Below, piece after piece: positions 55,463 through 64,000 of a stretch of DNA of 64,000 nt. A program made the position numbers and the translations under genes. The stretch is from NCBI GenBank assembly GCA_025210805.1, contig JAOAQX010000007.1, positions 180,695 to 244,694 of the forward strand. Direction: 5' to 3'. A model generated the notes under the pieces. The model was not told where the DNA came from. It saw nothing but the letters and a program-made list of their open reading frames with translations, and did no database searches. Each line of letters opens with the position of its first letter. Position 1 is the stretch's first letter. This DNA comes from Flavobacteriales bacterium (GTDB lineage: Bacteria; Bacteroidota; Bacteroidia; Flavobacteriales; CAJXXR01).

Positions 55463-55572
55463 TGCAAAAATTACCTTTTATTGAATGAGGTGGCACCATT
55501 AAAACCTCTTCTTGATTGATCAATGTCACATACTTTGTTTGCTCATTTTTTCTTTATTCTAAGGTAGAATTT

Positions 55573-55580
55573 TAACTTTG
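55573..55580 (+). promoter_or_regulatory. candidate Bacteroidota -7 promoter box (TAnnTTTG) with a long downstream leader
   Basis: TAACTTTG, 162 nt upstream of ATG 55742. An imperfect hairpin (55606-55672) and a W module lie between the box and the ATG. Confidence 0.3.
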
Positions 55581-55691
55581 TGAATGATACCAAATACAAT
55601 TTATACCGATTACTTGCTAAAATCACCCACTTATTTCACTGCGTTCATAACTGGCTTTTAGCAATGTATCGGCATTATACCTATGAGTAAA

Positions 55692-55710
55692 TTAACACCA
55701 TAAATGGTAT
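55692..55710. repeat. solo W-module fragment (TTAACACCATAAATGGTAT)
   Basis: An exact 19-mer shared with 9454-9472. The extended match GAGTAAATTAACACCATAAA corresponds to the reverse of 14497-14518. Confidence 0.6.
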
Positions 55711-55741
55711 TATTTGGTACAAAATAGAGACAAACAGACCT

Positions 55742-56686
55742 ATGAAATCATTATTTTACACCAGTTTTTTTCTACTCAGTATCGGATTAATTTCTTGTGG
55801 AGGAGGACAAAAAAATACCAAACCACTTAGTCCAGAACAAAAACTTGCAGAAGGAGAGAAACTCTTAAAAATGAAATGTAATACTTGCCATATTCCCACG
55901 GCATCAAAAAATGGAAGTATTGCTCCTCCAATGGCTTATATAAAAGATGTGTATAAACAAAAATATCCTCAAGAGGCTAATTTTATCCAAGCCCTCAGTT
56001 CTTTTGCAAAAAAACCAAAAGCCGAAAATAGCCTAATGCCTGAAATGGTTAAGAAATATAATCTGATGCCTCCATTAGGTTTTTCAAAAAAAGAACTTGA
56101 GCAAATAGCTTTCTATATTTATCGAGAAAATTTACCTAAGCCAAAGTGGTATCAAGGTCTTTCTAGTATGGGGAAAAAAGACAAAAATCCCCATGCAGAT
56201 ATGATTTCTAAAGGAATGAAGATCGTGAGAACTACCAAAGGACAATTAGGGAAGAATTTGATGGGACAAATCAATAAAAATGGAACTTTAGCCGCATTAG
56301 ACTTCTGTCATCTAAACGCAAAAAGTATTACAGATAGTATGCAATTGGAGCTCAATGCCCAAATAAAAAGAGTTTCTGATAAGCCTAGAAATAAAAACCA
56401 AAGAGCAAACAGTTTAGAACAGGACTATATAAACTTCTTTAAGGATAAAATAAAGCAAGGTGAAACATTAGAGCCACAAATTACAATTACGGATGCTAAA
56501 AAGACTTTATATGCGCCTATAACTACGAATAAAATGTGTCTTCAGTGTCACGGTACACCCGATACCCAAATCAAGAAAGAAACACTACTTGCTTTAAATA
56601 AAAAATACCCTCTTGATGAAGCCGTAGGTTACGGTGTGAATGAACTTAGAGGGATTTGGGTAGTGGAGTTTGATATTGATAAATAA
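55742..56686 (+). CDS. dihaem c-type cytochrome-like lipoprotein (DUF3365-like C-terminal part)
   Basis: Lipobox LISCGGG and two CxxCH motifs (CNTCH at the N-terminal domain, CLQCH near the C-terminus). Confidence 0.72.
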   Translation: MKSLFYTSFFLLSIGLISCGGGQKNTKPLSPEQKLAEGEKLLKMKCNTCHIPTASKNGSIAPPMAYIKDVYKQKYPQEANFIQALSSFAKKPKAENSLMPEMVKKYNLMPPLGFSKKELEQIAFYIYRENLPKPKWYQGLSSMGKKDKNPHADMISKGMKIVRTTKGQLGKNLMGQINKNGTLAALDFCHLNAKSITDSMQLELNAQIKRVSDKPRNKNQRANSLEQDYINFFKDKIKQGETLEPQITITDAKKTLYAPITTNKMCLQCHGTPDTQIKKETLLALNKKYPLDEAVGYGVNELRGIWVVEFDIDK

Positions 56687-56730
56687 AGAACGGTTGTTGT
56701 GTTCCAAAAACGTTGGACTGCTAAATAGTA

Positions 56731-56768
56731 AAAAACCCTTTTAGAATTTTTCTAAAAGGGTTTTTTTA
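56731..56768. terminator. bidirectional terminator between the cytochrome gene(+) and the aminotransferase(-)
   Basis: Stem AACCCTTTTAGAA/TTCTAAAAGGGTT flanked by an A-run and a T-run. Confidence 0.75.
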
Positions 56769-56794
56769 ATGAATCGTATTTAAAAAATGATAAA

Positions 56795-57940
56795 TTATTT
56801 TTCAAAAAATCCTTTAATAGAAGCAACAACTTGTTCTAAATCTGTATCAGATAACTCATAGTATAACGGTAATCTTAATAGTTGATTCTCAAATTTATCA
56901 GAATTTGGAATCGTTCTATCCTCTTGGAATTTATCTTCGTAGTATTCACTTTTATGAAGGCTAAGGTAGTGGAAAACCGCTTGTACATCTTGCGCTCTCA
57001 TATACTTAATAAGAGCAGAGCGTTCTTCCAAAGAATTACAGATGATATAGAACATGTGAGCATTGTTTGTAGAGTTTCCATTTAAAACAGGAAGCTCAAA
57101 ATGACCTTTTTCAGCTAGTTCTTTTAAGTTTTTATAGTAATAATCCCAAATATGCAGTCTTTTGGTTTGGATATCTTCCATATTCTCTAACTGTGCCCAA
57201 AGAAAAGCTGCAATTACTTCACTTGGTAAAAAAGAAGAACCTGTATCAACCCATCCATATTTATTGACCTCTCCACGGAAAAATTCGGCTCTATTTGTCC
57301 CTTTCTCCCAAAGAATCTCGGCTCTGTTGAAGTACTTTGGATCATTGATAGCCAAAAGTCCTCCTTCTCCAGAAATGATATTTTTGGTTTCGTGAAAACT
57401 AAAAGTTGATAAATGACCGATGGAACCCAAAGCTCTTTTATTCCCATTTTTATCAATGAAATAATTGTCAATTGCTTGGGCAGCATCTTCTACTACAGGA
57501 ATATTGTGTTTCTCAGAAAGTGCCATAATTTCATCCATATCACAGGCAAATCCTGCATAATGAACCACTACAATGGCTTTGGTTTTGGGCGTAATGAGTT
57601 TTTCTATTTCTGAAACAGCAATATTTGGGTGATTTTCATTGGAATCAGCAAATCTGATTACCGCACCTTCTCTAACAAAAGCCAAGGCAGAAGAAACAAA
57701 AGTATAACTTGGAACAATAACCTCGTCACCCGGTTGGATATCCAAAAGAATAGCCGACATTTCTAGAGCATCGGTACAAGAAGTGGTGAGTAAACACTTT
57801 CCAAAACCATATTTATCTTCAAAATATTTTTGACAACGCTTGGTAAAATCTCCGTTTCCAGAGATTTTACCCGTTTGTACAGCTTCTTGAATATATTGAG
57901 TTTCTTTACCTGTTAAGTATGGTTTATTAAAAACAATCAT
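56795..57940 (-). CDS. rffA: DegT/DnrJ/EryC1/StrS-family aminotransferase, dTDP-4-amino-4,6-dideoxygalactose transaminase-like
   Basis: 381 aa. It has the N-terminus FNKPYLTGKETQYIQEAV...ISGNGDFTKRC and the PLP-lysine context SFHETKNI. Confidence 0.82.
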   Translation of the reverse strand: MIVFNKPYLTGKETQYIQEAVQTGKISGNGDFTKRCQKYFEDKYGFGKCLLTTSCTDALEMSAILLDIQPGDEVIVPSYTFVSSALAFVREGAVIRFADSNENHPNIAVSEIEKLITPKTKAIVVVHYAGFACDMDEIMALSEKHNIPVVEDAAQAIDNYFIDKNGNKRALGSIGHLSTFSFHETKNIISGEGGLLAINDPKYFNRAEILWEKGTNRAEFFRGEVNKYGWVDTGSSFLPSEVIAAFLWAQLENMEDIQTKRLHIWDYYYKNLKELAEKGHFELPVLNGNSTNNAHMFYIICNSLEERSALIKYMRAQDVQAVFHYLSLHKSEYYEDKFQEDRTIPNSDKFENQLLRLPLYYELSDTDLEQVVASIKGFFEK

Positions 57941-57970
57941 CTTCTATTTTTTCAAAAATTTTAGTTAAGT

Positions 57971-57978
57971 CAAATATA
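57971..57978 (-). promoter_or_regulatory. candidate Bacteroidota -7 promoter box (TAnnTTTG)
   Basis: TATATTTG on the minus strand, 31 nt upstream of ATG 57940. Confidence 0.35.
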
Positions 57979-58000
57979 TAATTTGTTTTTTATCTGATAA

Positions 58001-58996
58001 CTACATTGACCAAGTATTTTTTCCTCGAAGAATGGCATCTAGATCTCCATCATCAGAGAGTTGAGCTTCCATTGCATCTTCATATCGGAAACGATCTTCT
58101 TTGTATAAAATCCCGAAAGGACGTGGTAACTCAGGGTTATCTGCAAAAAATTGTGTGAGGATAAACCCTTTTATTTTATCTGAAGAATCATGCATCCACA
58201 GTTCTGTATCAGTACATTCTGCTAATGGTTTTACCACGGGTTTAAGCCCCTCCAAAACGACTGCTAATTCATTTTCTGCTCCAAAAACAAGGGGTTTTCC
58301 TTCTTCTAGATAGATAGTTTTTTCCTTTTTCGATCCTTTATCGGTAAACTGCTCAAATGCTTTATCATTAAAAATAATACAGTTTTGATAAATTTCTACC
58401 AAAGAAGTTCCTTTGTGTTTTTCTGCTTCCAAGAAAATAGCACGCATGTGTTTTGGGTCTCTATCCATCACTCGGGCAATAAAAGTAGAATCCGATCCCA
58501 TAGCTAAAGCTAAAGGATTAAATGGATGATCGATACTTCCTTTTGGAGTAGATTTTGTTACTTTTCCTATTTCAGAAGTAGGAGAGTATTGTCCTTTGGT
58601 TAATCCATAGATTTCATTGTTGAAAAGAAGTACATTCATATCTAAATTTCTTCTCAATAAATGAATTAAATGATTTCCTCCAATAGAGAGCGCATCTCCA
58701 TCACCAGTAATCATCCACACGGATAACTCTGGACGGCTGGCTTTAAGTCCCGAGGCAATAGCTGGAGCCCTACCGTGAATTCCATGCATTCCAAAAGTGT
58801 CCATATAGTAAGGAAACCTTGAGGAACATCCAATTCCTGAAATAAAAACAATATCTTCTTTCGCCACTCCTATTTCTGGAAGTGCCGCTTGTACTTGTTT
58901 TAAAATGGCATAATCACCACAACCTGGACACCACTTTACATCTTGATCCGATGCAAAATCTTTGGCTTTATATTTTTTGATTTCTTTTTCTAACAT
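58001..58996 (-). CDS. korB: 2-oxoglutarate/2-oxoacid:ferredoxin oxidoreductase subunit beta
   Basis: 331 aa with WCPGCGDYAIL and the TPP-binding ITGDGDALSIGGNH. Confidence 0.9.
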   Translation of the reverse strand: MLEKEIKKYKAKDFASDQDVKWCPGCGDYAILKQVQAALPEIGVAKEDIVFISGIGCSSRFPYYMDTFGMHGIHGRAPAIASGLKASRPELSVWMITGDGDALSIGGNHLIHLLRRNLDMNVLLFNNEIYGLTKGQYSPTSEIGKVTKSTPKGSIDHPFNPLALAMGSDSTFIARVMDRDPKHMRAIFLEAEKHKGTSLVEIYQNCIIFNDKAFEQFTDKGSKKEKTIYLEEGKPLVFGAENELAVVLEGLKPVVKPLAECTDTELWMHDSSDKIKGFILTQFFADNPELPRPFGILYKEDRFRYEDAMEAQLSDDGDLDAILRGKNTWSM

Positions 58997-59001
58997 GGGG
59001 T

Positions 59002-60840
59002 CTAGTTCAAATGTTCTTTTATTGCCGAAAGGATTTCTTGAACCTCAAAAGGAATTCCTTTTATTTTGTTCAACCCTTGGGCATCTACTAGATATTCTGC
59101 TCTTAGAAGATGAATTAATTGTCCATTATTAAGTTCTGGTACAATGATTTTATCAAAATGGCTTAATAGTTCTCCTAAGTTTTTTGGGAAAGGTAACAGG
59201 TTTCTAAGGTGAATATGTGCCACAGAAAGTTTTTGTCCTTCTTCAGATTTTAATGCCGATTTGATAGATCCAAATGTTGATCCCCAAGAGACCAGAAGGA
59301 TATCATCTTTTTCGCTACCTGTTTCAAAAGTTTGAAGCGGAATAAAATCTTTTATTTTATCCACTTTTTCTTTCCTAGTTTTAATCATCGATTGATGATT
59401 GAAGCTATCATAAGAAACGGCTCCTGTAAGGGCATCTTTTTCTAGTCCTCCTACTCGGTGTTCAAAACCTTCCATACCTGGGATTGCCCATTTTCTTACC
59501 AAGTTTTCATCTCTTTCGTAAGGTAAATATTGTCCTTTTTGGTCTTCAGAAACCATTGGAGGTTTGATGTCTTCTAAGTCTTTTGTTTGAGGAAACATCC
59601 AAGGTTCCGATCCATTAGCAATATATCCATCTGTGAGTAGCATAACAGGAGTCATGTGCTCAATAGCTATTTTACAAGCTTGGAAAGCGGCATCAAAACA
59701 ATCTGATGGAGATTGAGCGGCGATTATAGGAATGGGAGCTTCTCCATTTCTTCCATAAACCGCTTGGTTTAAGTCGGCTTGTTCTGTTTTTGTTGGCAAT
59801 CCTGTAGAGGGCCCACCTCTTTGAACATTCACAATAACCATAGGAAGTTCGAGCATGTGAACGAGTCCTAATGCTTCTCCTTTTAAGGCAATTCCAGGAC
59901 CCGAAGAGGCTGTTGTTGCCAATGCTCCTCCGTATGCTGCTCCAATGGCGGTACAAATTCCTGCAATTTCATCTTCTGCCTGAAAAGTTCTAATTCCAAA
60001 ATTTTTGTGTTTAGAAAGTTCATGCAAAACGTCGGAAGCTGGGGTTATTGGGTAACCTCCGTAGAACAAATCGAGACCAGATTTTACAGAAGCGGCAATC
60101 AAACCTAATGCAGTAGCTTGGTTTCCCATCACATTTCGGTATTCTCCCGAAGCCATTTTGGCAGGATTTACCTCATAAGTATTGGCAATAGCCTCAACGG
60201 TATCTCCATAGTAATATCCTGCTTTAAGTACTTTGATATTGGATTCTGCGATTACCGGTTTTTTGGCAAATTTTGTTTCCAAAAAGTTCACCGTATTTTT
60301 GAGGTCTCTATTATACAACCAATAGATAAACCCAAGAACGAACATATTTTTCGATCGGTCTTTATCTTTTGTGCTTAGATCAAATCCATCAAGAGCTTCA
60401 CGGGTGATTTTGGTAATATCTATTTCAATTACTTGATACGCTTCTCTAAGTTCATCAGTAATTGGTGAGGTTTCATACTCTGATAATCGGAGGTTCTTTT
60501 TGTCAAAACCAGCAGTATTGCAAATCAAGATTCCTCTTTTTTTCAGTCTGTCGATATTCTTTTTGAGTGCTGCGGCATTAAAAGCTACTAAAACATCTGC
60601 AATATCTCCAGAGTTAAATATTTCTATTGACCCGAAGTGTATTTGAAAACCTGACACTCCTGAAACCGTACCTTGTGGAGCACGAATTTCGGCAGGAAAA
60701 TCAGGGAAAGTACTTAGGTCGTTACCATATAGGGCGGTATTCTCAGAAAATTGACTTCCTGTCAACTGAATACCATCACCTGAATCTCCGGCAAATAGTA
60801 TGGTTACTTGATCTACCTTTTGGCTTGACTTATGCGTCAT
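59002..60840 (-). CDS. korA: 2-oxoglutarate/2-oxoacid:ferredoxin oxidoreductase subunit alpha
   Basis: The start was moved to ATG 60840 (MTHKSSQKVDQVTILFAGDSGDGIQ), since the upstream 24 codons of the track ORF overlap the nifU-like gene. It is a full-length KorA-like sequence. Confidence 0.9.
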   Translation of the reverse strand: MTHKSSQKVDQVTILFAGDSGDGIQLTGSQFSENTALYGNDLSTFPDFPAEIRAPQGTVSGVSGFQIHFGSIEIFNSGDIADVLVAFNAAALKKNIDRLKKRGILICNTAGFDKKNLRLSEYETSPITDELREAYQVIEIDITKITREALDGFDLSTKDKDRSKNMFVLGFIYWLYNRDLKNTVNFLETKFAKKPVIAESNIKVLKAGYYYGDTVEAIANTYEVNPAKMASGEYRNVMGNQATALGLIAASVKSGLDLFYGGYPITPASDVLHELSKHKNFGIRTFQAEDEIAGICTAIGAAYGGALATTASSGPGIALKGEALGLVHMLELPMVIVNVQRGGPSTGLPTKTEQADLNQAVYGRNGEAPIPIIAAQSPSDCFDAAFQACKIAIEHMTPVMLLTDGYIANGSEPWMFPQTKDLEDIKPPMVSEDQKGQYLPYERDENLVRKWAIPGMEGFEHRVGGLEKDALTGAVSYDSFNHQSMIKTRKEKVDKIKDFIPLQTFETGSEKDDILLVSWGSTFGSIKSALKSEEGQKLSVAHIHLRNLLPFPKNLGELLSHFDKIIVPELNNGQLIHLLRAEYLVDAQGLNKIKGIPFEVQEILSAIKEHLN

Positions 60841-61111
60841 TTTTCGTTGTTTTTTTGCGTCTTTTTTTCTTTGTGGAAGAAATTTCTTCCACAGCGGTAA
60901 TTTCGGGAGCATATTTTTTTATGGTGGTTTCCACCCCCACTTTTAGCGTTACTTGATTCACGCTACACCCTATGCAAGAGCCATGAAGTTCTACAATCAC
61001 AACACCTTCTTCGGTGATATCTACTAGCGAAATATCACCTCCATCAGATTGTAAATGGGGTCTTACTTCTTCTAGTGCTTTTAGTACATTGTCTCTCGTC
61101 TCTTGTTTCAT
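60830..61111 (-). CDS. NifU-family (Nfu-type) Fe-S cluster scaffold protein with Lys-rich tail
   Basis: 93 aa with LQSDGGDISLVDI and the CxxC in HGSCIGCS. The C-terminal extension is STKKKRRKKTTKNDA. Confidence 0.85.
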   Translation of the reverse strand: MKQETRDNVLKALEEVRPHLQSDGGDISLVDITEEGVVIVELHGSCIGCSVNQVTLKVGVETTIKKYAPEITAVEEISSTKKKRRKKTTKNDA

Positions 61112-61131
61112 CTTATGATTTTATTATTAAA

Positions 61132-62256
61132 TTAGGTAGAGCATCCGTCCATATTCGTAATTTCTACGATTTTGGTGGGTTCTAGTTCGCTTTTACGCTT
61201 TTTAGTTTGTTCTACAACTTTTTCTGAAAATTTTAAATAGGCTTTTGAAATCTCTGTTCCATTTTGCAATACTGCAGGTCGTCCTGCATCTGAGGCTTCA
61301 CGGATAGATTGCATAATCGGAATTTCCCCTAAAAATGGAACGCCAATATCTTCCGAAAGATGTTTTACACCATTCATTCCGAAAATATAATAACGATTTT
61401 CTGGTAATTCTTCTGGGGTAAAATATGCCATATTCTCTACTAATCCTAGGATAGGAACATTGATATTAGGCATTTGGAACATAGAAACTCCTTTTTTGGC
61501 ATCAGCCAAAGCAATTTTTTGTGGGGTACTTACTACTACCGCTCCATCTACAGGAAGTGATTGTACTAAGGAAAGGTGAATATCTGAAGTTCCTGGAGGA
61601 AGATCAATTAATAAATAATCGAGTTCTCCCCAATGGGCTTCATGAATCATTTGATTCAAGGCTTTGGTAGCCATAGGCCCTCTCCAAACAATGGCTTTAT
61701 TGGCATCTGAGAAAAATCCGATAGAAAGTAGTTTTACGCCATAACTTTCTATGGGTTCTATTTTGGTTTTCCCGTCTATATCAATAGCGTGAGGCTTTTC
61801 TCGTTCTACATCAAACATAATAGGAATAGAGGGTCCAAAAATATCGGCATCTATTAATCCTACTTTATAGCCTTGTTTAGCTAATGAACATGCTAAGTTT
61901 GAACTTAAAGTAGATTTTCCAACTCCTCCTTTTCCAGAGGCAATTGCGATAATATTATCAATTCCTGGAATTTTGTCTCCTCTAAGAGGTGGAACCTTTT
62001 CAACAGGCGGTTTTTCTACAATAAATTTTATTTTGAGGGTCGTATTCGGATGCTCTTTTTTCAAAGATGCTAAAATATCTGCTTCTACTTTCTTTTTGGC
62101 TTGCAAGGTTGGGTTGCTTATTACCAAATCGATATGCACATCGTCTCCAAAACAAACGATATTTCTAAGTGCATTTTCTGATACGATATCTACATCGCTA
62201 CCCGATACTCTTACGGCGGATAGGTTGGCTTTTACTTGGTCTTTTTTCCAGCTCAT
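61132..62256 (-). CDS. apbC: Mrp/NBP35-family Fe-S cluster carrier ATPase (ApbC)
   Basis: It has the deviant Walker A SGKGGVGKST and an N-terminal MIP18-like domain. The start was moved to ATG 62256 (MSWKKDQV). A CAAAGGTA -7 box lies 24 nt upstream. Confidence 0.9.
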   Translation of the reverse strand: MSWKKDQVKANLSAVRVSGSDVDIVSENALRNIVCFGDDVHIDLVISNPTLQAKKKVEADILASLKKEHPNTTLKIKFIVEKPPVEKVPPLRGDKIPGIDNIIAIASGKGGVGKSTLSSNLACSLAKQGYKVGLIDADIFGPSIPIMFDVEREKPHAIDIDGKTKIEPIESYGVKLLSIGFFSDANKAIVWRGPMATKALNQMIHEAHWGELDYLLIDLPPGTSDIHLSLVQSLPVDGAVVVSTPQKIALADAKKGVSMFQMPNINVPILGLVENMAYFTPEELPENRYYIFGMNGVKHLSEDIGVPFLGEIPIMQSIREASDAGRPAVLQNGTEISKAYLKFSEKVVEQTKKRKSELEPTKIVEITNMDGCST

Positions 62257-62279
62257 ATTTCTGATAGTCTGTAATGCAG

Positions 62280-62287
62280 CAAAGGTA
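62280..62287 (-). promoter_or_regulatory. candidate Bacteroidota -7 promoter box (TAnnTTTG)
   Basis: TACCTTTG on the minus strand, 24 nt upstream of ATG 62256 (apbC). Confidence 0.4.
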
Positions 62288-62447
62288 ATCAATAATTCAA
62301 TTGCGACCTTATGTCATTTAGATGAATTAACTCAGAAAGAGCAAGGCGGATTCCGTCCTATTCCTTTTGGGTGATTTCGGTTACGGGAAAAGGAGGATTT
62401 GTTTCTTCACAGGTTCTTTTTTTAGGCTAAAAAAAGGAAAATTTATA

Positions 62448-63833
62448 TCAATAAGTAGAAAGGGTTTCAAAATGAATTCCCCCTTTGTTATTCACTGTTA
62501 GGGTATCTGTTTTTGTGGCTCCAGAGAATGTTTCGAGGGTAAAAGTAAGTTTGTTCTCCCCTTTATCTAAAGGAATTCTTGAATAATAAATCTGACTTGG
62601 AAGTGACTGCCAGTTTCGGGTGTCGGCTTTTTCTGTTAATGCATTTACGATGCTCAAAACAGAACCTAAACCTTCTGCTTTTGACTCAGCCAGTGCTTCG
62701 GTAATTTTTTTGGTGGTGAGTCTGATAACAGCTTTTCCTATTTCACGTGCACGTCGGTCTTCTAAGTTTTTGATAGCAATAAACTCAAAGTCTTCTGTTT
62801 TCTCAAGTGGGTAAGCATATCCTTTTTTTGAAATTTTAGCCATTTTATATTCTGAGGCTCTACTCATAAATTTGGCGAAAGCCACAGATACCATACTCAG
62901 AGATCCGTCTTTAAAATTACTAGTAATAGGCACACTGATATTTAATCCTGTTTCTTCATTGTTCATATTGACAAAACCTCCGCCAGATGTTCCCGTAAAA
63001 AAAGTGAGGGCATCAGATGTTTTATAAGGAATCAACCCTTTTTCCCAAAAAACGATTAAACTTCCATTTGGGTATGTTTGGCTTTGATAATCTTGTGGTA
63101 CTTTGAGGATCTTTCTGTAATGACTTACATCATTATAAAATCCCATTTGGTTTGCCGTTCTTAGCAAATCATCAACAAGCTGATAAGGGATTGATGTATT
63201 GAAATAAACGGGATTAGAATCAATGGCGTGTTTGAGATATAGATCTACTGCATTTCTGTATGCAATAAATGCATTATTGATATCATTCATAGATTCATAA
63301 ATCATTCCCTGTAAACTAAGGGCAAAGGCATCGCTGGTATAGCGGTTTTTTTTGTCGGCAGGATATTTATCGTTTATTTCATAAAGGCGAAGATTGAGTC
63401 TTTTTACTTCTACTAAAGCCGCATCATGTTTTTTAAGATTGAGATAGTTGAGTGCTTTATAATAATGAATGACTACTTTTTCATAATCTTCTGGTTTATA
63501 CCTTTCCATTTCAGGGTTAGTAAAGGCTCCAATAATTTGGTTTCCAAGATCTCCAGAGTTTTCTTCTATTAGTGAATCAAAACTATTGAAATAACGATTA
63601 CTTTCTTCATATTGCCCTACTAGGAAAGCTAATTTTCCTTGTTCTAGTAGTTGTAAAGGATAGTTGCGCTTCTTTTTTAGGTAACTATTCTTTTTTACAA
63701 ATTTATAGGCTTTCTCATAGTTTCCACTTTCTAGTTCTGTTTGGTATTTTGAGCTCATTGCATAATAGCTCGCACAAGAATTAAGAACTAAAGCCGAAAT
63801 TAGAATGAAGAATATGGGTAGAAATCGTCTCAT
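62448..63833 (-). CDS. hypothetical TPR-containing lipoprotein
   Basis: 461 aa with the lipobox LVLNSCASYY and TPR-like repeats (GNYEKAYKFV, YYKALNYLNL). Family not recognised with confidence. Confidence 0.5.
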   Translation of the reverse strand: MRRFLPIFFILISALVLNSCASYYAMSSKYQTELESGNYEKAYKFVKKNSYLKKKRNYPLQLLEQGKLAFLVGQYEESNRYFNSFDSLIEENSGDLGNQIIGAFTNPEMERYKPEDYEKVVIHYYKALNYLNLKKHDAALVEVKRLNLRLYEINDKYPADKKNRYTSDAFALSLQGMIYESMNDINNAFIAYRNAVDLYLKHAIDSNPVYFNTSIPYQLVDDLLRTANQMGFYNDVSHYRKILKVPQDYQSQTYPNGSLIVFWEKGLIPYKTSDALTFFTGTSGGGFVNMNNEETGLNISVPITSNFKDGSLSMVSVAFAKFMSRASEYKMAKISKKGYAYPLEKTEDFEFIAIKNLEDRRAREIGKAVIRLTTKKITEALAESKAEGLGSVLSIVNALTEKADTRNWQSLPSQIYYSRIPLDKGENKLTFTLETFSGATKTDTLTVNNKGGIHFETLSTY

Positions 63834-64000
63834 TGTTATCTATGTGTAAGAAATAAATAGAGCTTTCTTTAAATGCCTTGGCGTATAAAAGAAAGCTCTT
63901 GTTTTATGAATACCAATTCAATTTCAAGACTTCCGTTAGAAATCAATTTTGAGGTATTATATCAAATAAAATTCAAATGAAAGAGCGTGTAAAAGGATTA

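Noticed and set aside
62320-62420. A relatively GC-rich patch with possible pairing (TCCTTTT...AAAAGGA, CCGTCC...) between the TPR lipoprotein gene and apbC, considered as a small RNA or riboswitch.
   Set aside because: I could not fold it into any recognisable RNA family. There is no clear terminator or conserved motif, and it overlaps the expected apbC promoter region.
63977-64000. ATG followed by 8 codons (MKERVKGL) at the right window edge.
   Set aside because: It is too short to evaluate. It may be the start of the next gene but cannot be supported from 24 nt.

Overview
The window looks like a low-GC Bacteroidota chromosome segment, most likely class Flavobacteriia. The evidence is a GLPGLI protein, a DUF5103/T9SS-plug-like protein, a murF-alr fusion, the miaB / sigma-54 activator / lptE / secG gene order, and TAnnTTTG -7 boxes 12-31 nt upstream of many start codons. 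No database search was possible, so all family names come from motif recognition by eye. About 55 protein genes are supported. Most are housekeeping: rimO, asd, rpiB, mnmG, ybeY, ispG, tdk, murF-alr, uvrC, miaB, secG, korAB, nifU-like and apbC. There are four tRNA genes: two tandem tRNA-Gln(UUG), tRNA-Leu(UAG) and tRNA-Cys(GCA). The ORF track uses TTG/GTG starts, so I re-called about a dozen starts to in-frame ATGs that give clean signal peptides or remove overlaps. The most notable non-genic content is as follows. (1) A 708-bp AT-rich gap (26792-27499) holds five co-oriented DnaA boxes, and gene orientation flips there, so it is a candidate oriC. (2) A family of mosaic palindromic repeats (R family) sits at four intergenic loci, including a 636-bp tandem array with a 113-bp period. 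One copy supplies the stop codon of a 3'-truncated ADP-ribosylglycohydrolase gene. (3) A second, G5-rich composite repeat family (S family) occurs at two main loci in opposite orientation, with solo fragments elsewhere. (4) An 830-bp zeta-toxin-like ATPase plus small-ORF cassette is bracketed by 71-bp direct repeats that duplicate the 3' end of a DEAD-box helicase gene. A degenerate helicase paralog lies next to it. (5) Six small orphan envelope-protein genes form an island at 8.1-11.2 kb. (6) A Cys-rich protein, an HMA-like protein and a TonB-dependent receptor form one module. I did not find CRISPR arrays, integrases, transposases or rRNA genes. No single locus can be claimed as a new system from sequence alone; the repeat families and the flanked cassette are the best leads.
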